This document shows, piece after piece, positions 56,612 to 64,000 of a DNA stretch of 64,000 nt. The stretch comes from an uncultured Candidatus Saccharibacteria bacterium (lineage in GTDB: Bacteria; Patescibacteriota; Minisyncoccia; Phycocordibacterales; UBA918), in contig CAYNQD010000001.1 of assembly GCA_964399295.1 (NCBI GenBank), positions 86,454 to 150,453 on the forward strand, given 5' to 3'. Numbering within the stretch: the stretch's first letter is position 1; each line of letters begins with the position of its first letter. The translations under genes were made by a program, and so were the position numbers. The notes below the pieces were generated by a model that was not told where the DNA came from, did not search any database, and worked only from the letters and a program-made list of their open reading frames with translations.

Positions 56612-58165
56612 ATGGATCAAAACAGTTCTTTAGTTACTTCGTACGATTTTAATTCTCAAGCTGGAATAACTTCAGTCTTAGCTGCTGTTAGGCAAAGCGG
56701 TTTAAATTCCGCCGACAAAAATGAATTAAGGGATTTAGTTTTTTTATACAAAAGTGGAGGTGGCGATGAGTCGGTAAGAATTTCTTTAGAGCAAAAATTA
56801 AAAGCTCATAAAATTGAGGTTATGTTGCCAAAGTCGGTAGTGACCAGCTCTGCGCCAGCTCCTAGTTTACCTTTTGGTAGCTACAGGCCGGCTCCGGTTT
56901 TTAAATCCCCTAAAGTTGAGTTTTCGCCAGTAGCTTCAAAACCAGTAGCCACGCCTCAGATGGCGACTGAGGTAGCTACACCCAATGTCGCGGCTGAGGA
57001 GGTCGTTGTTGCCGAGGCGGCGGCACCAGTCGAAGCACCGATTGCTGTCTCCAAGCCAATGCCGGCTTTTGTACCCAAACCAGAGCCAACTCCCGTATTT
57101 ACTCCTCCGGTATCTATACCACCAGTTGAGCCAGTACTACCAGCTGAGGTTGTAAAAAGTGATGATATGGACACTCCCGCTGTTGCTCCACCATCAGTTT
57201 CAAACAACACTAATTATTTAGACCGAATCAGAGAAATAAAGTCCGTGGTCAACAACAAAGTTGGTAATCCGGTTAATTTGGTTGATATCAATAATGAAGT
57301 CGGAAGGGAATACATGAATGCTCTCCTCGACTCGATGAAAAAATTAAACGGCGGTCTGGCCGGAGATTTGGATAAAGCCATGCAAAGGCTAGAGATAGCT
57401 TTTTTAGCAGTTGAAAAAGCAATCATCGAACACGCCAAAACCACCCAAAATGCAGACTCGGCTAGTCGACAAATAAATTCAAATCTATCACCAAGCTCAG
57501 TCATCAAAAAAGAGGCTGCTTCCAATAATGTAGAAATCAAGTCCGGTTTTGATGATGTAAAAACAGACGATGTGCGGACGGGTTTTGAAGTCAATGGTGT
57601 GTCTGGTGCAGTAAACGCCAATGCGGTTTCTGAGACTAAGGTAGACTCAGCGGTCTATGTACCTGTAACTCAGTCGGAAAATTCGCCAACTTTTTCTGTT
57701 CCCCCTACACCTACACCCGCTCCAGCTGCGGTGCCCAGCCCTTCCCCCAGAAAGATAGTTTCCTTGGCGGAAGAAAAGAAAATACTAACCCCAGCCGACT
57801 TGCCAGAATACTCCGTCACCGCCGAAGATCTAGCCAATCCACTTTTTACTGGTGAGGTTGATAGGGGTTTGGATCAGTTGTTGTCTGATTGGCCGCTATT
57901 CAAAAAGAGCGGTTTGTTTGGAACTGGTCCAAAAGGTAGAGAGCATCCTCTCTACAAAAAAATATCCGGACTGCAAATACCGCTTTTGTTGGCAGGGCGT
58001 TTTGAGGGAGCTAGTCAAGAAATCAAGCAAAGCATAACCGACTACATGAATGGGTGGCGGTATGAACAGGGTATTATTTATGAGCAAGGTGAAACTTTTG
58101 ATACTTACTTAAGGCGTGTTATAAAGCATATTATTGATTTACAAAAAAGACGAAATCCAGCATAA
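56612..58165 (+). CDS. Pro/Ala/Val-rich linker protein with conserved N- and C-terminal domains
   Basis: 517 aa. Central about 130 aa PAP/PVP-rich low-complexity region (PAFVPKPEPTPVFTPPVSIPPVEPVLPAEV). Confidence 0.3.
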   Translation: MDQNSSLVTSYDFNSQAGITSVLAAVRQSGLNSADKNELRDLVFLYKSGGGDESVRISLEQKLKAHKIEVMLPKSVVTSSAPAPSLPFGSYRPAPVFKSPKVEFSPVASKPVATPQMATEVATPNVAAEEVVVAEAAAPVEAPIAVSKPMPAFVPKPEPTPVFTPPVSIPPVEPVLPAEVVKSDDMDTPAVAPPSVSNNTNYLDRIREIKSVVNNKVGNPVNLVDINNEVGREYMNALLDSMKKLNGGLAGDLDKAMQRLEIAFLAVEKAIIEHAKTTQNADSASRQINSNLSPSSVIKKEAASNNVEIKSGFDDVKTDDVRTGFEVNGVSGAVNANAVSETKVDSAVYVPVTQSENSPTFSVPPTPTPAPAAVPSPSPRKIVSLAEEKKILTPADLPEYSVTAEDLANPLFTGEVDRGLDQLLSDWPLFKKSGLFGTGPKGREHPLYKKISGLQIPLLLAGRFEGASQEIKQSITDYMNGWRYEQGIIYEQGETFDTYLRRVIKHIIDLQKRRNPA

Positions 58166-58811
58166 TAGAGCCATGGTATTCGGTCATCATGCGTACTTAG
58201 CAAGGGAGGATTTGCATGAAGTTGATAAGTGCGAGAGGATAGTTACCAGCCTTGGTTTTGATGAGGTAAATTACGTGATGGATGAAACTTTTGGCATAGA
58301 TGAAGCGAGAAAGTTGATAAAAACCGCTTACATCAAGCCAAATGTTTCCGAGAAAAAATTGATTGTCGTAAAAGTAAAAACCTTAACCTTGGAAGCCCAG
58401 CAGTCTTTATTGAAAATTTTGGAGGAACCGCCGGCTACCACCGTTTTTCTTTTTCTGGTAGACAAAGGGATAAAAATTTTACCCACTCTACAGTCACGTT
58501 TTCAAGAATATAGACTGGACGAAAAAAAAGAAAAACCAAAAGAGAATGTAACTTTTGTTGATTTTTGTAAATTATCTTACGCCGATCGTTTGGCTACCAT
58601 CTCTAAAAAATTGGAGAAACCGGATTCGGTTTGGTTGAATGAAATCAGTGATGGCTTGGCTTTGGAATCACTAGACAATATTCAAAAAATGAAACCAAAA
58701 GTTTTGACCACCTTAAATATGATAATTATGAATCTAAACACCAGAGGAGCTTCCAATAAAATGTTGTTGGAAGAAATGGCCTTAACCATTCCTTTGCAGG
58801 CGAGTAAATAA
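58134..58811 (+). CDS. holB: DNA polymerase III delta'-like clamp-loader subunit (short)
   Basis: LTLEAQQSLLKILEEPPATTVFLFL (sensor-1/box VII region) and TLQSRFQ (SRC-like motif) without a P-loop. True start probably an internal Met. Confidence 0.5.
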   Translation: MIYKKDEIQHNRAMVFGHHAYLAREDLHEVDKCERIVTSLGFDEVNYVMDETFGIDEARKLIKTAYIKPNVSEKKLIVVKVKTLTLEAQQSLLKILEEPPATTVFLFLVDKGIKILPTLQSRFQEYRLDEKKEKPKENVTFVDFCKLSYADRLATISKKLEKPDSVWLNEISDGLALESLDNIQKMKPKVLTTLNMIIMNLNTRGASNKMLLEEMALTIPLQASK

Positions 58812-58847
58812 AAAAATGGTAAACTATTAAGGATAATTAGATTTAGT

Positions 58848-59390
58848 ATGAATAATGAAATTAAACAAAAACTAAAAGAAGCCGTTGATTGGCTGGTGAA
58901 GGAGTATTCAGGGATTAGGACCGGTCAAGCTAGCCCAGCTTTGCTTGACGGTGTAAAAGTGGAAAGTTATGGTTCTTACATGACTCTCCAACAAATCGGC
59001 TCCATCAGCATTGAAGATATTCGCACGCTTAGGGTGGTGCCTTGGGACAATAATATGATTACGCCGGTGGAAAAAGCGATTAGAGATGCTGATTTGGGAA
59101 TTTCGGTAGTTGTCGATTCATCAGGGTTGCGGGTAATTTTTCCGGAGTTGACCAGCGAGCGTCGGACACAGCTTTTGAAATTAGCCAAAAACAAGCTTGA
59201 GGACGCTCGCATTACTGTGCGTTCCATTCGTGATGAGGTGATGAAAGAAATTGAAAAGCAATTCAAAGCCAGTGAAATCAGTGAGGATGAAAAATTTACC
59301 TTGAAAGAAAATATTCAAAAGAACGTTGAAGAAGCCAATAACAGTTTGGAAAATTTGTTTATCAATAAAGAACGTGAGTTACAAAAATAA
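58848..59390 (+). CDS. frr: Ribosome recycling factor
   Basis: 180 aa. GIRTGQASPALLDGVKVESYGS and LRVIFPELTSERRTQLLK are typical RRF segments. Confidence 0.85.
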   Translation: MNNEIKQKLKEAVDWLVKEYSGIRTGQASPALLDGVKVESYGSYMTLQQIGSISIEDIRTLRVVPWDNNMITPVEKAIRDADLGISVVVDSSGLRVIFPELTSERRTQLLKLAKNKLEDARITVRSIRDEVMKEIEKQFKASEISEDEKFTLKENIQKNVEEANNSLENLFINKERELQK

Positions 59391-59396
59391 TATTTT

Positions 59397-60497
59397 ATGT
59401 CAGTTATCCTTTTTTTATTGGTCTTGTTTGTACTTATCTTGGTGCATGAATGGGGGCATTTTATAGTAGCCAAAAAAACCGGTATGCGTGTGGATGAGTT
59501 TGGGATTGGTTTTCCGCCCAAGATGTACAGCGTAAAAAAAGGGGAAACGGAATATAGTTTTAATGCTCTGCCGATTGGTGGATTTGTTAGAATTTACGGA
59601 GAAAATCTTGAAGCTATCCCCGACGACGAACCAGACAAGTCCAAGGCTTTTGGTTCAAAACCAAGATGGGCTCAGGCTTTGGTTTTGATAGCGGGCGTGA
59701 CCATGAACGTTTTGTTTGCTTGGCTGTTGTTTTTTATTGTTTTTATGACTGGAATTCCAACTTCCGTGGATGAAGCGACGGCTTCCGATCAAGCTGTTTT
59801 GTATGTGTCAGGAATTCTGCCTGATAGCCCGCTGAAGGAAAATCTGCCTTTAGGGGCGGAAATCACTAGCGTGGCTAGCGTAAACGGAGAAATAATAAAG
59901 CCAACTCCATCATCTTTCACGGAGTTTATTCAAAACAACGCCAATGATGAAGTGAGTATTAGTTATAAGCTTGGAGAAAATACCGGAGTTGTAACTGCGG
60001 TGCCGGTGGTCGGATTGATACAGGATGACATTGAGCGGCCGGCGGTGGGAGTGTCATTGTCTTTGGTTGAAAATATCGGACTTTCCATGCCGGAAGCTTT
60101 TACTAAATCATTCACTGCGACGGTTAGTGGTTTAAAAAATATTACCCTGGGTCTTTACACCCTGATTGTCGGTGCTTTTACCGGCGCGGCTGATTTAAGT
60201 CAGGTGGCTGGGCCGGTGGGTATTGTTGGTATGGTGGGTGAAGCGGCGGAATTTGGGATAGTGGCTCTGCTTACTTTTACGGCGATAATTTCTCTTAATT
60301 TGGCGGTTATAAATCTGCTGCCGATTCCGGCTCTTGATGGCGGGCGGTTGGTGTTTGTGGCGATTGAGGCGGTTACTCGGCGGCCGATAAACCCCAATTG
60401 GGCGGGGCGGGTAAATTTGGTTGGTTTTGTTCTTTTGATGCTCCTTATGATTATGGTAACTTACAATGATATCGTTCGTATTTTTTTCACCAACTAA
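59397..60497 (+). CDS. rseP: Site-2 protease (RseP-type zinc metalloprotease) with PDZ region
   Basis: LVHEWGHFIVAKK (HExxH) in the first TM segment. LNLLPIPALDGG (LDG motif) near the C-terminus. 366 aa. Confidence 0.8.
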   Translation: MSVILFLLVLFVLILVHEWGHFIVAKKTGMRVDEFGIGFPPKMYSVKKGETEYSFNALPIGGFVRIYGENLEAIPDDEPDKSKAFGSKPRWAQALVLIAGVTMNVLFAWLLFFIVFMTGIPTSVDEATASDQAVLYVSGILPDSPLKENLPLGAEITSVASVNGEIIKPTPSSFTEFIQNNANDEVSISYKLGENTGVVTAVPVVGLIQDDIERPAVGVSLSLVENIGLSMPEAFTKSFTATVSGLKNITLGLYTLIVGAFTGAADLSQVAGPVGIVGMVGEAAEFGIVALLTFTAIISLNLAVINLLPIPALDGGRLVFVAIEAVTRRPINPNWAGRVNLVGFVLLMLLMIMVTYNDIVRIFFTN

Positions 60498-60513
60498 CAC
60501 CCCTTAAAATTAT

Positions 60514-61779
60514 ATGCGTCAATCAAAATTATTTACAAAAACTCGAAGAGAAACTCCGGCCGATGAGCAGTCCAAGAATGCTCAGCTTTTGATAAAGGCC
60601 GGTTATGTTTATAAGGAAATGGCTGGAGTCTACGCTTACCTGCCTTTGGGACTCAAGGTGCTGGAAAAAATTAAATCAATTGTCAGAGAAGAAATGAACC
60701 AGCTCGGCGGACAAGAACTAATAATGACTACTCTCCAAAACAAAGAGCTGTGGCAGTCTACTGGCCGTTGGGACGACGACGTGGTGGATATTTGGTTTAA
60801 GTCTGAATTAAAATCCGGCGGCGAGATCGGTTTTGGTTGGAGTCATGAAGAACCGATCGGTGAAATGATGAAAAACTACATAACCAGCTACAAAGACTTG
60901 CCGATTTATGTTTATCAATTCCAGACAAAATTGAGAAATGAATTGCGTGCCAAGAGCGGCGTTATGCGCGGGCGGGAATTTTTGATGAAGGACATGTATT
61001 CATTCTGTGTTGATGGTGATGAGCATGAATCGTTTTATACCGCCACTATTGCTGCTTACAACCGTATCTACAGCCGGTTGGGATTAGGTAATGACACGTT
61101 CGTTACTTTTGCTTCCGGTGGAGCTTTTACGGAGTTTAGTCACGAATTTCAAACCATCTGCGAAGCGGGCGAGGATTCTATTTATATCAATCGAGAAAAG
61201 AACATCGCCATCAATAGCGAAGTGCTAAGTGACGATACGCTACAAAAATTAAATATTTCCCGAGATGATTTGGAGGAAGTAAAGACTGCTGAAGTTGGTA
61301 ACATTTTTAATTTCGGCCGCCAAAAAGCCAGTGATCTTAATTTGACTTTCAAAAATGAATCTGGCGAAGATTTGTCGGTGTGGATGGGTTCTTATGGAAT
61401 TGGCGTGACACGCTTGATGGGCGTGATTGTCGAAAAATTTTCTGATGAAAAGGGAATTGTTTGGCCTGAAAGTATTGCTCCGTACCAAATGCATTTGGTG
61501 TTGCTAAATAATGATGACAAAGCGGTCGTTGATTGGGCGGATGGAATTTATGGTAATTTGACGGAAAAGGGAGCTGAAGTTTTGTATGATGATCGTGACG
61601 CTCGCGCGGGAGAAAAGTTTGCTGACAGCGATCTTTTGGGTATTCCGTATCGGGTGGTAATCAGCAAAAAGGCCAAAGAAGAGGGTAAATTTGAAGTAAT
61701 AAATCGCGCCACCGGTGAAATTAGATATTTGACGGAAGACGATTTATACGCGGATTTTGATAGCGATCAAAATACATAG
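60514..61779 (+). CDS. proS: Proline--tRNA ligase, minimal form without editing insertion
   Basis: Class II motif 2 MRGREFLMKDMYSF and motif 3 GSYGIGVTRLMG. C-terminal anticodon-binding domain. 421 aa. Confidence 0.7.
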   Translation: MRQSKLFTKTRRETPADEQSKNAQLLIKAGYVYKEMAGVYAYLPLGLKVLEKIKSIVREEMNQLGGQELIMTTLQNKELWQSTGRWDDDVVDIWFKSELKSGGEIGFGWSHEEPIGEMMKNYITSYKDLPIYVYQFQTKLRNELRAKSGVMRGREFLMKDMYSFCVDGDEHESFYTATIAAYNRIYSRLGLGNDTFVTFASGGAFTEFSHEFQTICEAGEDSIYINREKNIAINSEVLSDDTLQKLNISRDDLEEVKTAEVGNIFNFGRQKASDLNLTFKNESGEDLSVWMGSYGIGVTRLMGVIVEKFSDEKGIVWPESIAPYQMHLVLLNNDDKAVVDWADGIYGNLTEKGAEVLYDDRDARAGEKFADSDLLGIPYRVVISKKAKEEGKFEVINRATGEIRYLTEDDLYADFDSDQNT

Positions 61780-61796
61780 TACAATTACACCTCCAG

Positions 61797-62870
61797 ATGA
61801 GTTTTTTAACCCAAAATCTAAATAAGTTTTTGTCGGTAATTTCCACCGATATGGCTATTGACCTTGGTACGGCCAATACTTTAGTTTACGTAAAAGGCAA
61901 AGGAATTGTTTTGAATGAACCAACAATCGTTGCCATAAACAAAAAAACCGGACAATTAGTAGCTGTTGGCCAGGAGGCAAAAGCGATGCAGGGGCGGACC
62001 CCGCAGCACGTTGAAGTGATTCGTCCTTTGGTCGACGGCGTTATTTCAGATTTTGAAATGACAGAGGAAATGTTGAGTTACTTAATCAACAAAACACAAA
62101 ATGACAATCGTGCTTTCATTTCGCCAAAAATCCTAATTGGAGTGCCGTCGGGCATAACCAACGTAGAAATGAGAGCCGCCCGCGACGCCGCCAAAAATGC
62201 CGGCGCCCGTGACGTTTTTTTGATTGAAGAACCAATGGCGGCCGCTATTGGCGCCAAATTACCAATTGGTAAAGCGGCTGGAAATATGATTATTGATATC
62301 GGCGGCGGTACTACGGATATTGCGGTCATTTCGCTCAATGGTATCGTGGTGGCAAAAAATTTACGGGTGGCGGGCGACCATTTAAATTCAGCCATTTCTT
62401 CTTATGTTAGAGATCAGTTTAAAATCTATGTTGGTGAGAAGACGGCTGAGGATGCAAAAATCGCCCTGGCTTCTGTCAAACGAGATGGCAGTGGTAGTGA
62501 GATGGTGATTCGCGGTAGAGATGTGATGACGGGCTTGCCCAGAGAAGTAATTATCACCGCTGGCGACGTAAAAGACGCCGTCATCAACCAAATCGACAGC
62601 ATCGTGGAGTCCACCAAAACTGTGCTTGAAAAAACACCGCCGGAAGTATTGGCTGATATAATGCAAAGAGGAATACATATCTGCGGCGGCGGGGCTTTGA
62701 TTCCAGGGCTGGCGGCTTTGTTGGAAGAAAGTTTGCAAGTGCCGGTGATTGTGGTGCCGGATCCATTGCGGTCAGTGGTACGAGGAGCCGGTATTGTTAT
62801 TGAAAATTTTGATCAATATGAAGAAATACTCATCGACAACGAAGGTGAATTATCACCATACCTTGCGTAA
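61797..62870 (+). CDS. mreB: Rod shape-determining protein MreB
   Basis: MAIDLGTANTLVYV, DIGGGTTDIAVIS and HICGGGALIPGL motifs. Followed by mreC/mreD. Confidence 0.85.
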   Translation: MSFLTQNLNKFLSVISTDMAIDLGTANTLVYVKGKGIVLNEPTIVAINKKTGQLVAVGQEAKAMQGRTPQHVEVIRPLVDGVISDFEMTEEMLSYLINKTQNDNRAFISPKILIGVPSGITNVEMRAARDAAKNAGARDVFLIEEPMAAAIGAKLPIGKAAGNMIIDIGGGTTDIAVISLNGIVVAKNLRVAGDHLNSAISSYVRDQFKIYVGEKTAEDAKIALASVKRDGSGSEMVIRGRDVMTGLPREVIITAGDVKDAVINQIDSIVESTKTVLEKTPPEVLADIMQRGIHICGGGALIPGLAALLEESLQVPVIVVPDPLRSVVRGAGIVIENFDQYEEILIDNEGELSPYLA

Positions 62871-63780
62871 GAAACGTCAGCTTTGGTTTGGCGTGGCGGT
62901 TGTTTTAATTGTTGTTGGTTTGTTGTTGCCTTGGTTGGTGTCTAAAGTGGCTACCATTGCTTTATATCCGATTCATGCGACTGCTGCTTGGGTTAAAAAT
63001 TCTGATGGCGTAATACCGACTTATTTTCGTTCCAAAGCTGATTTGGTTTCTGAACTGGAGGCGCTGCGAACAAAAGTCGCCACCGAAACCGAAACCAAAT
63101 TGTCTGTTGACAGACTATTGGAGGAAAATATGAAATTACGCGCTCTTACCAATGTAAGCACTTCTTCCAAGCGAGTGGTGGCCAGGGTAATGGCCAGTCC
63201 CAACAGCTTGGTCTACGACTCGCTGCAGATTGACCAAGGTTCTCAAAGCGGATTGGAGGTTGGTATGCCGGTTTACTCCGGATTGGATACTGTTGTTGGT
63301 ATGGTTTTGCATGTTACTCCCAAGTATTCTTTCGTAGAACTTTTTACCGCGCCCAATTTTGAAGCCACCGCTTTTATTGTCGGTCCGAATGTGTTTGGGG
63401 TAATTGAAGGCATGGGAGGAGGTGTTTCCAGAGTGCGATTGCCGCAAGGAATCAGTCTGCACGAAGGGCAGTTGGTACTTTTGCCGGCGGTTTTCAGTGG
63501 AGTTTATGGAGAAATTGCTTGGGTGGAAAATCACCCCACTCAGCCGGAGCAGTATGGTTACGTCGTTCCGCCTTTATCCATAAATAATATTTTCTACGTT
63601 TCGGTAGATACCGAAGTTGTTCAGCCGAAAACGGAAGCGGTAATTGAGGCTGAAATCAGAGCGGAAATCCAAAATAAAGCCCGTCTGCAGAGTCCGATTA
63701 TTGATAGTTTAAACAGTCGATTGGCAGATGAATTTTCAACCACCACCGCTACCACTACGACGGAAGAAATAATTGAATAG
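62749..63780 (+). CDS. mreC: Rod shape-determining protein MreC (start uncertain; track ORF overlaps the mreB end)
   Basis: N-terminal TM helix (WFGVAVVLIVVGLLLPWLV). Coiled-coil (VSELEALRTKVATETETKLSVDRLLEENMKLRAL). C-terminal beta domain. Position between mreB and mreD. Confidence 0.65.
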   Translation: MWCRIHCGQWYEEPVLLLKILINMKKYSSTTKVNYHHTLRKKRQLWFGVAVVLIVVGLLLPWLVSKVATIALYPIHATAAWVKNSDGVIPTYFRSKADLVSELEALRTKVATETETKLSVDRLLEENMKLRALTNVSTSSKRVVARVMASPNSLVYDSLQIDQGSQSGLEVGMPVYSGLDTVVGMVLHVTPKYSFVELFTAPNFEATAFIVGPNVFGVIEGMGGGVSRVRLPQGISLHEGQLVLLPAVFSGVYGEIAWVENHPTQPEQYGYVVPPLSINNIFYVSVDTEVVQPKTEAVIEAEIRAEIQNKARLQSPIIDSLNSRLADEFSTTTATTTTEEIIE

Positions 63781-63784
63781 TTTT

Positions 63785-64000
63785 ATGTGGCGTTTATTTG
63801 CGTTTATTTTAATTGCTTCTCTAGCCATAACACCGCTTTACTGGGGCGCGTTTATTTTGGCGATTTGGTATATTTTTCGGTTTTCTGGTTATGAGTTGAT
63901 TGTTTTGGCTGTCTTGGTTGATGGTTATTTTGGCGCTTTTTATAATGTGCCTGTCATTACGATTGTGACGACGGTTTTAGTTTTTACCATAGATTTCCTC
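63785..64000 (+). CDS. mreD: MreD-like membrane protein, partial (runs off window end)
   Basis: ATG at 63785 opens MWRLFAFILIASLAITPLYWGAFILAIWYIF..., hydrophobic throughout. Immediately after mreC. No stop within window. Confidence 0.45.
   Translation, partial: MWRLFAFILIASLAITPLYWGAFILAIWYIFRFSGYELIVLAVLVDGYFGAFYNVPVITIVTTVLVFTIDFL

Overview
This reads as a compact, gene-dense bacterial chromosomal segment. Genes overlap or abut, there is a minimal proS, an HTH-murA fusion, a V-type ATPase and many lineage-specific ORFs. That content suggests a small-genome, possibly Patescibacteria/CPR-like organism, but this is inference only. The housekeeping backbone includes a glycosyltransferase/GH57/GH15 alpha-glucan cluster, truB and a DEAD-box helicase. 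It also carries a complete nine-gene V/A-type ATPase operon in Enterococcus ntp order (ntpFIKECGABD). Further along are ung, mutM, fmt-def-priA, HTH-murA, an mreB paralog and a frr-rseP-proS-mreBCD block. About 16 kb (approximately 27.4-43.3 kb) is an AT-skewed composite mobile/defence island abutting a minus-strand tRNA-Asn(GUU). The island holds two large serine recombinases, an excisionase-type HTH and two restriction-modification systems: an Eco57I-family N6A MTase with a PD-(D/E)xK ORF, and Xis-Dcm-REase packed against a recombinase. It also carries a compact OLD-family ATPase-TOPRIM gene followed by a GIY-YIG nuclease gene, a DEDDh exonuclease, a DUF2726-like protein and a possible rolling-circle Rep. 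A short GC-richer sub-element (31.7-34.7 kb) inside it has iterons and interlocked hairpins. Other notable items follow. There is an ApbE / FMN-binding / membrane-FNR-fusion flavin module. A dispersed 3-copy ~35-nt GC-rich motif lies in intergenic regions. A perfect 29-bp palindrome sits beside the tRNA. priA has degenerate Walker A/B motifs. An mreB paralog precedes a TraG/VirD4-like ATPase and a giant LysM-containing protein. No CRISPR array or rRNA is seen.
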